Shown in pieces: positions 18,130 to 28,971 of a stretch of 64,000 nucleotides of DNA. This DNA is from a virus: the IMG/VR virus record IMGVR_UViG_3300005541_000008, positions 13,361 through 77,360 of that record. One strand, written 5' to 3'. How positions within the stretch are numbered: the first letter of the stretch is position 1; each line of letters starts with the position of its first letter. A program made the translations under genes and the position numbers. Below the pieces are notes generated by a model. That model saw only the letters and a program-made list of their open reading frames with translations, ran no database searches and was not told the DNA's origin.

Positions 18130-21100
18130 TGGGGAGGGTGAGGAGGTGGTTGAAGGATATCTTCGATCCGAGGGAGCCTCCTTCACTCCTCGCGGCGCTC
18201 GAGATCGAGTTCCTAAAGCAGCAGAACGCGGCGCTTATGCGCGAAAGGGCGTATGTGGACCGCGAGAGGTTGTATCTTAGGCAGTTATGGCTTATTGTCG
18301 AGGCGCTCAAAGCCTGGGAAGGGATTTCGAATCGCTTTTGTGTAGGACCAGGGGATAAGTGTTTGAAGTGCGCTGCGGCTGGGCGTCTCGCGGATACGAT
18401 ACGAAACTCGGTGCTGGAGGTGTCGTTTAAGGAGGGCAAGGGTGCAGAGACCGAGAGTGAGTCTATTTCCAGGGCCGAATGAGCCGCCTTGTCAGTATCG
18501 GTTCCCTTTGGTTTGCAGGGTTGCGCGACGTCTCAAGAAAGAGAACCCTAAGCTCGCGAAGATGTTTTTAGAGGAAGCGCGGGAGTGTGAGACGTATAAG
18601 CGCCTTGTGAAGCTTGCTGAGTGTTATGTAGAGCTTTACACGCCGAGGGCGGTTGAAATTGTTGAGGACGTAGCACGGAAGATGTAGGGAGTAGCTCGAT
18701 GTGCGGCACACAGCGCACAGTGGTTCTGGTTCACAAGGGGTGCAAGGGTCTCGTGATTGAAGACAGAAAACGCCCCCCTTACGTTTATGAGCGCGACGAT
18801 GGTACGCGGGAGTATCATTTCGCGCTCGTTTGCGTTAAGTGCAGGGTTGAGATTTTAGGGGACGATATGCTCGAGGACGTGTAGAGGAGGGTGATTGAGA
18901 TATGTGTTGCGGGGACATTCTTATTTGGCCCGAGGTTGAGGAAGAAGAAGGGGCGCATCTTGGTCGATGCTCGGTAACCGGGCGGGGTTTGGTCGCCCCG
19001 TTAGAATCCTCCCGACCGACGGGATTCCCGGTCCGCCGTCGGGCCCCTTTACTTAAGGGAGGGAGGGTGGTTGTCGGGGTTGTGCTAGGTATGGCGCTGT
19101 CGCTCGGCACAGTACACGCAGAACACCTCTATCCTCAGGGCGAGGACCAGGCCGACCAGCCGTGTAAGTATCGCGCGGATGGGGAGCCTTATGGGTGTAG
19201 TGCTGAGGAGGCGGTGAAGGAAGAGATAAGGGCGGCTTCGCGTAAGAACGACCGCGAGCTGTTGAAGGGTAAGGGGCTGCGCGTCGAGGCGCGGGATAGG
19301 GGGGTGACGAGTGCTCACGAAAGAGACGAGAAGGCGGGTGATCGAGAGCTTAGAAGATGAGGTGTCCGGACACTTAGAAGGGGGGCATCCTCACTCCGTC
19401 GATTGTTGCTGCTCGGCGTGTAAAACGTTGGAGGAATTGAAGCAGGAGGAAGAGAGGTGCACGGTGGCGGAAAGAACAGGGCCAAAGCCCTCAGATAAGA
19501 CGCTGATCGTAAAAGGGCTTCGCGAGGGCAAATTCACGACGTGTAGAGGGACGAAGGAACGCCTGCATGAGTTGATTGTGTACTGGGCGGGGTTTGATAC
19601 GTGCCCGTTGTGCGAGTGTAGAAGGTTGTTGGGTAGTGCACCGAGAGACGAGCCACGGGCGAGGCATGATATGGGAGGATAGCGGTGATGGACGATCTGC
19701 TTAAGGCGATAGGGGTTTTGGGGTTGGCGGTTGTGGCTATTATCTTGGTGGTTGGTTCTTTGCACAGGTAAAGGAGCGGGTTGTGATCGAAATTGTGGTT
19801 GTCACGTCGGAGATCGTGAAACAAGAGGGCGGCGAGAGCTACCCTAACGTACGGGTCGCGAAGTACGCGGTTGAGGAGGAAAAGATTGGGGAGAGGGTTG
19901 CAAGGGTGGCTCAACGCCTCGAGATTGAGAGTACGGCGAGAGAGAGTGATGTGGTAGTGATTGTAGCGCGGAAGAGGCAGGTAGGGCTTGTGGGGTTTAA
20001 GCCCGTAACTGATGTGTATGAGTTTGGAATGGAGACGAAGCGGGTCGAGACCTTGGTGAATCTCCTTGCGGAGGAGTGCGTTGAGGGTGGGTGGATGAGG
20101 TTTAATCACGATGGCGCTTGAGATACCGCGATTTATATTTCCGGCACCCTTTCCCCGCGGTAGCGATAGTGCTCAGGAGATAGCGGTAAAGTACGGGATG
20201 AGTGAGAATATTTTTATCGTGGATGGCAGGGTGTTGTTGGATCTGGATTTCTTGCTCTCTTACTGTAAACTCGACCCTCTCGGGCTGGGGTTTTGTATAT
20301 TGTTTAGATATATGCGTGGCGACACGACAAGGCAACAGTTTAGCACAGAGGAGAAGCGAGATTTTTGGTTTGATGAGTTGCGGGAACGGATAAGCTTCTC
20401 GGAGGAGTTTAGGAAGATTGCGAGGAGAGCGGAGGGGCGAGGTGAGCAAACACTTGGTTACCATCGAACAGGCTAACGGGTATAAACTCGTGGTCGACCT
20501 GCGTTACGTTATAGCTGTGTCTGTTATAAACCATGACAAGCTTCGTGTTAGGCTCGTTACCGGCGAAACGATGAACTTACATTTTGATATCACAAAGGAA
20601 AGGGACGACGCCTATCACGAAGTGAGAGAGCGGTGGTACTTCTGCGGGGATTTCGAAGAAGTGGCCGTAAGAGCAGGGAACACGGAGGTCAGCGAGGAGG
20701 GGAAGCGTGCACCTGACTGAAGAGCCAAAGCCCGGGGATGTGGTGTTGTTGTGCGGGCACGGGGACGAGCATCACGTCTATAAATTTAGCGCGCCTGTAC
20801 GGACTATAACGCCTTGGGGCTATTCGCTCTTTGCCCAGTGGATAGCGGCGTGTGATGCGTGTTTCGAGAAGTGCGGGCCGAACAATGCGGCGAGTATCCG
20901 GATAACAAATCACGGTATCTGGAGAGGGGAGACACGTGACGTATAAGGCGTTCCTAGATCGGATTATCGATGACGGCGAAGCGTGGGCTGAGAGAGACTA
21001 CGGCGAGGGAAACCTTAAGCTCGCAGGGGCGATTGCGGGCTTCGAGGCGTGTAGGGATAAGGAGCCGAAGGAGATTCGCGAGCTGCTCGATAAAGCGCAC

Positions 21101-23182
21101 GTTGAGACTATGGAGGCTGCAGGGCGGAAGGACGCGAAGTATTGGTGGTTTCGGGTTTATGAAGCTGAGGTGGAGTGGGTCGCGAATTGTGTAAGTGCGA
21201 TGTTGGTGGTGGAGGGCAAGAAGCCGATTTCGGAAGTGACCGCGGGAGGGTTTGATAAGGTGTGTCGCGTGCTAGGGATCAGGAAGGAAAGGCCCTTGTG
21301 GGAGTAGTGAGATGGATGAGAGGTGTCTTAAGACGATAGAGCTTCAGGATGAGGCGGGACGTGGGACTTCGATTGCGTTTGTGTGTGGGTTGCTCGTTGA
21401 TCATAAGGGGCCGCACATTTCAAGCGGGAGCGAACACGTGGGGGAGCATAAAGAGTGGTGCGTGTCGTGGGTGAATCGGGACGAGCCGTATCTCGTGTGA
21501 GACCTGAGGTGAAGGAGTCGTCCTCGGGTTATTGGTTGGTTTGGTGGAGTCGTGACCTCTGGATCCAGTTTCCGAAGGGGAGGGAAGCCACTCTAGCCGA
21601 CGGTTTTGGGTGGGTTACTGAAGGACATGTCGCGGAGGCTAATCTCCTAACTCGGTCGAGGTAGGGCATGGTTCCGATCTACTCTCTAATCCCAGGGCGC
21701 ATTCGTGGCGCGCTCCACCGATACGTCGAGCATCACATCCCGACTGGAGATTTCCTACGCGCAGTGCTCGAGAACGATCTCAAGAACGCCTTTGCTCTTG
21801 CGGACGACGACTGTCTCGCGGCGCTCTTTCACATTGTTGCGTTTTGTTATAATGAGATCCCCGGTCCGTGTTGGGGCTCGAAGGAAGCGTTTCGTGAGTG
21901 GGTTGGGGCGAGGGATTTGGACGCAGGGGGTGAGTGCGTGACTTGCGGGAGGAGGGGGCAGGGTGATTCTTAATGAGGGCGATGAGATGATCTGCGTTTG
22001 GACGATCGCGGGACGCAACCGCGACTTCCAAGCGTATCTTTGCCGGAGAGCGGAAGGGAAGAAGCTCCATCTCGAGTACAGGTTTCGGTATTATGTTGAT
22101 GATAAGGTGTTTGATAGTAAGGATAGGAAGTCGTGGTACGCTTTTGAAGCTACGGGCACGGAGGATGAGGCGATCGAGAAGATCGATTTTATGTGCGAGA
22201 ATATTGTCGGAGAGGGATTTGCTAAGGTTGACGACGCATTTCTCGGTGCTGTGGTAGATAAGGTGGTTGTGCGCGGAGGGATAGATAAGTTCGAAGAGCT
22301 TATGAAGGGCAAGCCTTACATGCATTGGAGGGTGGAGAAGCTGCACTGATGGGTAAGGGGCACCGCTCAAGGCGGGGCTGTGTTTGAGATGCTTTGGGAG
22401 GGGGTAGGTGGACTACGAGTTTTATTGGATTCTCAAAGACGGCCAACCTGTTCCCGAGCCGGATGTGATAAAGTGGGCGGAGTGGATGAAGGTCGCGGAT
22501 CGGAAGGTTGCGAAAACCGACATGACTACTGCCCTGGGGAGGTTTCACGTCTCGACGATATTTTTAGGGTTCAACCATAACTTCGTCGATGACGGCCCGC
22601 CTATACTCTTCGAGACGGCGGTGTTTGATCGAACGGGAGGCGTGAATTTTCGGCCGATAGAGATGCGGAGATATGCGACTTTGGACGAAGCCTTAGCAGG
22701 GCACGAGGAAGTAGTTGGGGAGGTGGCGCGTCTGAAGATTTGGCCGGATCGGGATTGTGTTGAGGAACCGGAGCACGGGTTGTGAAGAAGGTGGTGTTGT
22801 TGCTTATTTGGGTTCTCTGGATGAATCAGTCAGGCAACGGTTGGGTGCGATGGGCGATGTTCGACAGAGAGGATTACTGTGTTGCTACGAGACTGCTTTT
22901 TGAGGGAGCCGATAAAATGGCTAACAACAAGAACATACAGATGCTTTGCCTGCCGGAAGGCGTGAAGCCTGGGGCTAAGATTTGAATAAGGGCTTAGTTG
23001 CGCGGGCGTGGAGTATGCGTGTTTTTTACTTCGTTGTGGGATATACATGCGGGGTTTGGGTGGTGTTGTATAACGCGCCGCACTTAGTAGGGCTCGGACT
23101 CGAGAGTTGGGTAGTTGGTGTGTTGTCGTGCGTTGGGGGCTTTTTCTCGGCGGAGTTTGTGTGGAAGAGGCTAGGAAAGTGA
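18126..23182 (+). other. Cluster of small coupled hypothetical ORFs
   Basis: e.g. 18126-18482, 19311-19682, 19783-20121, 20111-20476, 20707-20946, 20936-21307, 21668-21973, 21963-22349, 22408-22785, 22782-22985, 22982-23182. Confidence 0.65.
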
Positions 23183-23186
23183 TAAT

Positions 23187-23379
23187 AGGTGGGCGGCGTG
23201 GAGGCTCTGGCGGGGCCTCAATAGACACGCAATAGGTTGAGCGCAGCCGGGTCACGGCGCTAGGGTCCATAGCTCGGCTGAGGCGCCTCAGGGTCCGATA
23301 AGTGGCTAGGGCGAGCCGGCCGGTCAGTGCGCACTATCCGACGTTAAGCGCGGAGCGGGTAGAAATCCCGCCCCACCTT
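23187..23379 (+). ncRNA. tRNA-like structured ncRNA with expanded D and anticodon domains
   Basis: Acceptor-like stem AGGTGGG(23187-93)/CCCACCT(23372-78); D-like stem GCGTG/CACGC; T-like arm GCGGG-TAGAAAT-CCCGC; several internal hairpins; intergenic. Confidence 0.7.
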
Positions 23380-23760
23380 TAGAAGGAACAACCGTGAGCA
23401 ACGGGAAAGAGTACGATTGGGAGACCGCGTGTCCTAAGCGCGCGGATGCGCAACATTGTAATTGTTGGTATGATGGGGAGAAGTGTTGTGCGTGCGGGGC
23501 ACCGGAGATGACCGCGGAGGAGAAAAAGGAAGCGGGGGCGGAGGAGTAATGCTAATGAGTCACGATTTGAACCTACTCGCGGCTATCGCTGCGCTATTTT
23601 CTTCTGCCCTCCTCCTTCTAAAGCACAAGAGGAGAAATAGTCGGGGCATACTCGTGCGGGAAGCGCTCGCCGGAAAGAGAGCGATGTTCTGGGATATGTG
23701 GTTTAGTGGGCTCTTGGCCGGGTTGTGTTTGTTGAATTTGTGGATCTTTCTTAAGGGGAG

Positions 23761-24153
23761 GTGAGTATGGTTAAGAGAAACGTTGTCCATAAGGGGTGTG
23801 GTGGTTCCCTCTTCACGCAGGGTGGCAAGGTGTTGTGTTCGAAATGTAAGCTGTTGCGTCATGTGAATGAGGATGAGGAGAGGAGAGTTGCGACGAGGAA
23901 CGAGGATGAGGATTGGCTTTTTAATTATGCGGTGCTCTACGGGATTTTGGACGCTGAGCAGAGCGTTGTGATTCCGGAGCCGGAGCCCGTTCCAGAACCA
24001 GAACCGGTTCTCGAGCCCGGGGGTGGAGAGTTTGGCGGGGCGGGAGCCGAGGGGAGCTTTGCGGACGCGCCGGCGCCCGAAGCTCAGGAACACGCTGACG
24101 TAGCACCGCCGCCCGATGTTGACGTAACGCCGGATCCCGGAGGGGAGGCCTAA
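23761..24153 (+). CDS. Hypothetical protein with Zn-ribbon-like start and acidic PE-rich tail
   Basis: HKGC...CSKC; GGGEFGGAGAEGSF motif. Confidence 0.65.
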   Translation: MSMVKRNVVHKGCGGSLFTQGGKVLCSKCKLLRHVNEDEERRVATRNEDEDWLFNYAVLYGILDAEQSVVIPEPEPVPEPEPVLEPGGGEFGGAGAEGSFADAPAPEAQEHADVAPPPDVDVTPDPGGEA

Positions 24154-24359
24154 TGTTAGGGCCGGGCAGGTACGACGACCTCTGCAACGAGGCGCGAAGG
24201 AAATCGGGGGCAGTGGGCGCTGCGTTGATTATCTTCGGTGGCAAGGACGGTCACGGGTTTTCGGTACAGGCGCCTATCTTCGTGCTTAACGATTTACCGG
24301 GCGTGTTGCGGTATATGGCGGACGAGATTGAGAAGGACTTAAGCTCACGGGTCGTCTAA
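24153..24359 (+). CDS. Conserved hypothetical protein
   Basis: GPGRYDDLC...GHGFSVQ...LRYMADEIE; 3' end overlaps tRNA-Gln. Confidence 0.65.
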   Translation: MLGPGRYDDLCNEARRKSGAVGAALIIFGGKDGHGFSVQAPIFVLNDLPGVLRYMADEIEKDLSSRVV

Positions 24360-24419
24360 TTGGCAGGACGACGGACTCTGAATCCGTAAACGGGGGTTCG
24401 ATGCCCTCCCCGTGAACCA
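24345..24419 (+). tRNA. tRNA-Gln (CTG), CCA encoded
   Basis: TCACGGG/CCCGTGA acceptor stem; ACGGA-CT CTG AA-TCCGT anticodon arm; GGTTCGATGCC T arm; ACCA end. Confidence 0.92.
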
Positions 24420-24578
24420 AGGAGGCGCGATGAAGGTAAGGTGTCGGTGGTGCAAGAAGAACTGCGTAGAGCTGACGTTCTTTACGTGGTTAGTGTATCG
24501 AACATGGGGAACGCTGCTCTACGCAATTGTGCCGTGTGATGATTGCTATGTAGATGTGGCAAACTGTTTTAGGGACTA

Positions 24579-25433
24579 GTGAAGAGGGGTGATGGGTGGG
24601 TAAGGAAAATGAAGCCGTGTATTCTCACCGTGAAGCGCGGGAGATATTATTGTGAGCAGCATAAGAGGTACTGCGTGCTCGATAAGAACCGGACAACCCC
24701 GACTTACCAGTGTCCTATGAGGGGGGAAGTGATAAAGATCCGCGCGAAGAAGAAGAGGGTGCCGAAGGCGCTCGAAGCCGCGTTTAACAGCGTTTACACG
24801 TTTACGGACACGCTGCGCGGGATCTTGGGTAAGTGCGGCTTCGTGGAGGGGTGTAAGATAGCGCGGATGCTCGTACATTGGAAGGGCGAGGTGGAGCGTC
24901 TCGTGGGGACAGAGGGGCAGCGTCCGGTCGATGTCGCGGCGAATATGCACACTGCAATCGACACGCTTATTGAAGAGGATAAAAGGAGGTCGCCGGATGA
25001 GTATGAGAAGGTGCGGTGCTCGAAGGGGTGCGCGTTCTGTTGCGAGTTGTATGTCACGGTTACTGAGCAGGAGGCTGAACTGCTTGTTGAAGGGGCGAAG
25101 GAGAACGGATGGGAGATTGATCGTGCTCGTCTCGAGAAGCAAATTTCATTTACTGACGGGAAGGCGTGGGCCGCTGCGCCGAGAGAGGAGAGAAGGTGCG
25201 TGTTTTTGGCGGAGAACGGTACGTGTGCGGTGTACGAGTATAGGCCCATGGCGTGTAGGTGCTTGTTTGTGTTTAGTGAGCCGTCGGAGTGTAATGTCGA
25301 AACGAGCAAGCACGTTTGGAGGTTAGCTGTGATCGAGGCTGAGGTAGCGACGACAGCTGCGATCACGGTTCTTGGGACTGGCTCCTTAGCGGAGATGGTC
25401 CGTGCGAAGTTAGGGCAGAGTGGAGTTTTGTAG
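24579..25433 (+). CDS. YkgJ family CxxxCxxCC Zn/Fe-S cluster protein (start uncertain)
   Basis: CSKGCAFCC...CVFL...CAVYEYRPMACR. Confidence 0.85.
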   Translation: MKRGDGWVRKMKPCILTVKRGRYYCEQHKRYCVLDKNRTTPTYQCPMRGEVIKIRAKKKRVPKALEAAFNSVYTFTDTLRGILGKCGFVEGCKIARMLVHWKGEVERLVGTEGQRPVDVAANMHTAIDTLIEEDKRRSPDEYEKVRCSKGCAFCCELYVTVTEQEAELLVEGAKENGWEIDRARLEKQISFTDGKAWAAAPREERRCVFLAENGTCAVYEYRPMACRCLFVFSEPSECNVETSKHVWRLAVIEAEVATTAAITVLGTGSLAEMVRAKLGQSGVL

Positions 25434-26277
25434 AGTAGGGGCGCGGCGAGGTAGCGTTTTGTAGCGGCGTGGTATGGTAATGTATTGCGACGGCGTAGTA
25501 CTGTGGCGTAGGGTAGCGGCGCGCTATTGTGGGGTAATGTAACGGCGAGGTGTGGCACTGTGTTGTAGTGTAAGGCGAAGGCGCAGCATGGTGTAGTATC
25601 GCGATGGCATGGCATAGTACCGTGTTGTAACGGCAAGGTAAAGTATCGCAGGGGATCGCGGTGGCATAGTGCAGTGTTGCAACGGTATTGCGTAGTGCAG
25701 TGTTGTATCGGTAAAGCGCGGCATAGTGCCGGCAAAGTGCAGCGGTGCGTTGGTAAAGTGTGGTATAGTGCCGTCGGGGTATAGCCGTGTGACGTATTGT
25801 GCCGGCAAAGTGCGGTGTGGTAGGGTAAGGGTAAGGTAATGCACTGTATCGTGGAGGCAAAGTGGAGCGTGGTATGGCGCGGGTAAAGTGTAGTTTCGTG
25901 TAGTGGTGTACCGGCATTGCGATGTGTTGTGGAGCATGGGCAAGGTGCAGTATTGTATCGTGTCTGTAGGGTCCGGTAATGTATCGCGTCGGCAAGGTGC
26001 AGCATTGTTCCGTCTAGGTAAAGTGTGGTATCGCGTGGGTATAGTTTGGTAAAGTGTGGGTATAGTTTGGTAAAGTGCGGTAGTGGTAAAGTTCAGCATC
26101 GCGTTGTGGAGTGCTGTTTGGGTGAGGTGCGGCATAGCTCTGTGCAGCGAGGGTGTAGTGCGGTGCAGTAGTGGCAATGCAGTGTGTAGCATCGGCATTG
26201 TCTTGTAGGGCGCTGTAGCGTGGGGGCATTGTCTCGTAGGGTACAGCGGGGGTGTAGCAACGTATAGTAACGGCAAA
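25414..26277 (+). repeat. Non-coding pentamer-phased array (left), units G[GYNNN]n, mostly 26 nt; candidate guide-RNA array
   Basis: Unit starts at 25414, 25440, 25466, 25492, 25518 and 25544 (26-nt spacing); 21- and 31-nt variants occur; no ORF of 60 aa or more on the + strand. Confidence 0.9.
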
Positions 26278-26290
26278 GGAGGAGGAGAGC

Positions 26291-26941
26291 GTGGCAAAAG
26301 CAACGAAGGATAAAGAAGCGAAACCAGTACCGCGTGTGGGCAAGGTCGTTTACGATGTCGATATTACACTGACCGAGCCTATGTTGGGCACAGTGCCTTA
26401 TAACAAGGAGATCTACGCGGAGTTTATCGAGAAGAGCAAGCCCAAGGAGATCTCCGAGGACGAGACGGCGACGGTGCCCGAGAGGGATGAGAAGACGGGG
26501 TGGACAGGGTTTCACGTTGACGAGAATGGCAAGGGCCTCTTCATCTACGATTACATGGTGAAGGGGTTTATGAAGAACGCGGCATCGTCGCTCAAGGAGT
26601 TCGACGACGTCGGGAAGGAGGAGAAGGGGCAGAAGCAACTCATCAACAACCTCGTTTTTGTGTTTCCGCGGCGGATCTTTCTCCATAAGAAGAAGGGTGA
26701 TGGAGTGCTGGAACGTCCGCTGAGAGCGCAGACGATGCAAGGGCCTCGCGTAACACTCGTGCGCTCAGATCAGGTCGCAGAGGGCACCAAGTTCAAGTGC
26801 GAGATTATTGTGCTTGACGGGAATCGAATTACCGAAGCTAAGCTCCGGAAGTGGCTTGACTACGGAGCGTTTATGGGCCTTGGGCAGTTTCGTAATGGAT
26901 CGTATGGGAGATTTACGTACGAGATGGTGAAGCGGCGGTAA
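26291..26941 (+). CDS. Stand-alone RAMP/Cas7-like RNA-binding protein
   Basis: Strong GGAGGAGG RBS; N-terminal strand YDVDITLTEPMLG, YMVKGFMKNAA helix (like RAMP sxKGxxR), C-terminal Gly-rich loop GLGQFRNGSYGRF. Confidence 0.8.
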   Translation: MAKATKDKEAKPVPRVGKVVYDVDITLTEPMLGTVPYNKEIYAEFIEKSKPKEISEDETATVPERDEKTGWTGFHVDENGKGLFIYDYMVKGFMKNAASSLKEFDDVGKEEKGQKQLINNLVFVFPRRIFLHKKKGDGVLERPLRAQTMQGPRVTLVRSDQVAEGTKFKCEIIVLDGNRITEAKLRKWLDYGAFMGLGQFRNGSYGRFTYEMVKRR

Positions 26942-28575
26942 GGCGTAGTAGGGTAAAGTACGGGCACTGTGGAGCGTTGTGAAGTGAAGGTGAAGCAGAG
27001 TGTTGTATCGGCTCAGCAGAGTGCTGTAGTGCGCTGGTAAGGTGAAGTGTAGTAAAGCTTAGGCGCGGTGTTGTACCGTGTGGCGATGGCGGGGGTGAGG
27101 TGTGGCTCAGTAGTGTGTTGGTAAAGTAAAGCGTTGCGATGTGTCGGTAAAGTATTGCGATGCGTGGTAAAGCGGCGGTATGGTGCAGCGCTGTAACGGT
27201 AGGGTCTAGTGATGTAATGCTACGGCAGAGTAATGCGATGTCGTGCGATGGCAGAGCAGAATACCGTGATGTAGAGGTATGGCAAAGCAGGGTGTTGTAG
27301 CGTGCGGGTATGGTGTAGCGCAATGCTGTAGAGTAACGGTGTGGTGGAGCAGGGTAGCGTGGCGGTACGGTGATGCACTGCGGAGTAATGTAGCGGTCTA
27401 GTATAGCTCTGTTACGTACGGTAACGGTACTGCATAGCTTTGTTGCGTAAGGCGTAGGTAATGCGTTGTTCGGTAGGGTAGTGTGGCGGTACTGCGTAGT
27501 GTGGTGGAGTGCCGTGGTGGTACTGCCTTGTTGAGTTAAGTGGAGTTCTGGCAGAGTAAGGCAGAGCGCTGCAGCGGTGTTGCGATGTTCTGTGTGGGTA
27601 TTGTGACGTATAGTGGCGGTAAAGTGGAGTCCTGTAACGGCGCTGCATGGTACCGTATCGCACAGGTATTGTATAGCATGGCCCCGCTTTGGTAGGGTAT
27701 GGCATCGTACGGGTAAAGTATCGCAGAGTCCTGCTTTGGTAAAGTTCAGCATGGTTTGGTACCAGTAGTGTTGGGTGCGGTGATGTGGGGTTTTGGTAAA
27801 GTATGGTGTCGTGCTGCGTGGGTACAGCGATGTAGAGTGACGTATTGGTAGAGTGCTGCAATGTGGCGGTACAGTTTTGTCTTGTGGCGTGTCGGCAAAG
27901 TCCGGCTTTGTGCTGTTGCGGTAACGTATGGTGTCGTACAGCGTTGGTAAAGTGTCGTCGTGTGGCGCGTAGGTAAAGTGCTGCAGTGCGGGGCTTTGGT
28001 AAAGCTTGGTGTTGTGCTGTTGTGGTATAGTAGCGTCGTGTAGCGCACGGGTAAAGTCTGGTGTTGTGCTGCGGCGGTAAAGTGTTGCGCTGTGCTGCGG
28101 CGGTAAAGTGTGGTGGTGTGGCGCGTAGGTAAAGTTTTGTGTTGTTTCGCGGTGGTCTTGTGTTGTGCCGTAATGGTTTTGTACTGGTGCAGTTTGGCGA
28201 TGTGCCGTGTTGGTAAGGCGCGGTCATGTAACGTGTTGGTAAAGTCTAGTGATGCAATGCTTCGGTAAAGCGGTGTGGTGCGTTGGCATTGTGCAGTACT
28301 GTAATGCGCTGGTAAGGCGCGGTCATGTAATGCTTTGCTTTGGTAGCGCAGTGTGCAGTAACGGCAGAGTACTGTAGCGTGCCGTGACGGCAGAGCAGAG
28401 TTAGGTAAGGCGGCGGTAGAGTTAGGTAATGTAACGGTAGAGTAGCGTTGCGTAATGGCGTAGTGGAGTATAGTGATGTAATGGCGTAGCAGAGTAGAGT
28501 TATGTAACGGCGTTGTATAGTAGTGTGTAGCTGTAGGTGTAGTACAGTGAAGTGGCGTGACGGCGGAGCAACGCT
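26927..28575 (+). repeat. Non-coding pentamer-phased array (right), units G[GYNNN]n, mostly 26 nt; candidate guide-RNA array
   Basis: Unit starts at 27946, 27972, 27998, 28024, 28050, 28076, 28102, 28128 and 28154; many units begin GGTAAAGT. Confidence 0.9.
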
Positions 28576-28968
28576 ATGGTCAACGTCGGGATTGTGGGAT
28601 CGAGAGCGAGGACAGCGCCCGAGGATAAGGAGCGCACGAGGGTGGCGCTTCTCGAGCTGCTCGATGAGTTTGGTAAGGAGAACGTTACCATTGTCTCTGG
28701 AGGGTGTCCTGACGGCGCTGATCAGTTTGCCGAGCAGTTTGCCGCGGAGTACGGCTTGCCCAAGATTATCCACCATCCCGATAAGAGTAAGTTAAGGGCG
28801 AAGGCGCGTTGGGCGTATGCGGAGATATACCACGCGCGAAACACATTCGTGGCGCGGGATGCCGAGGTGCTTATTGCCGTGATTAATAAGGGGAAAGAGG
28901 GTGGCACGGAGCACTGCGTGAGAGAGTTCTTGAAGATGGGGAAGAAGAGGTTGGTGATTATCGAATAA
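28576..28968 (+). CDS. SLOG superfamily protein (YspA/DUF2493-like)
   Basis: VGIVGSR, IVSGGCPDGADQFAEQFA, ARNTFV, GGTEH. Confidence 0.85.
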   Translation: MVNVGIVGSRARTAPEDKERTRVALLELLDEFGKENVTIVSGGCPDGADQFAEQFAAEYGLPKIIHHPDKSKLRAKARWAYAEIYHARNTFVARDAEVLIAVINKGKEGGTEHCVREFLKMGKKRLVIIE

Positions 28969-28971
28969 AGG

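Noticed and set aside
24794-28227. Long - strand ORFs over the arrays (24794-26005, 25363-25995, 25524-26303, 26913-27752, 27412-28227)
   Set aside because: They are low-complexity T/H/Y/P/R translations in several overlapping frames, antisense to the operon and without a clear RBS. They are by-products of the pentamer pattern, which rarely creates stops on that strand.
25414-28575. Canonical CRISPR array or simple microsatellite
   Set aside because: No identical direct repeats of about 25-45 nt alternate with unique spacers, and three of every five positions vary too much for a simple satellite.
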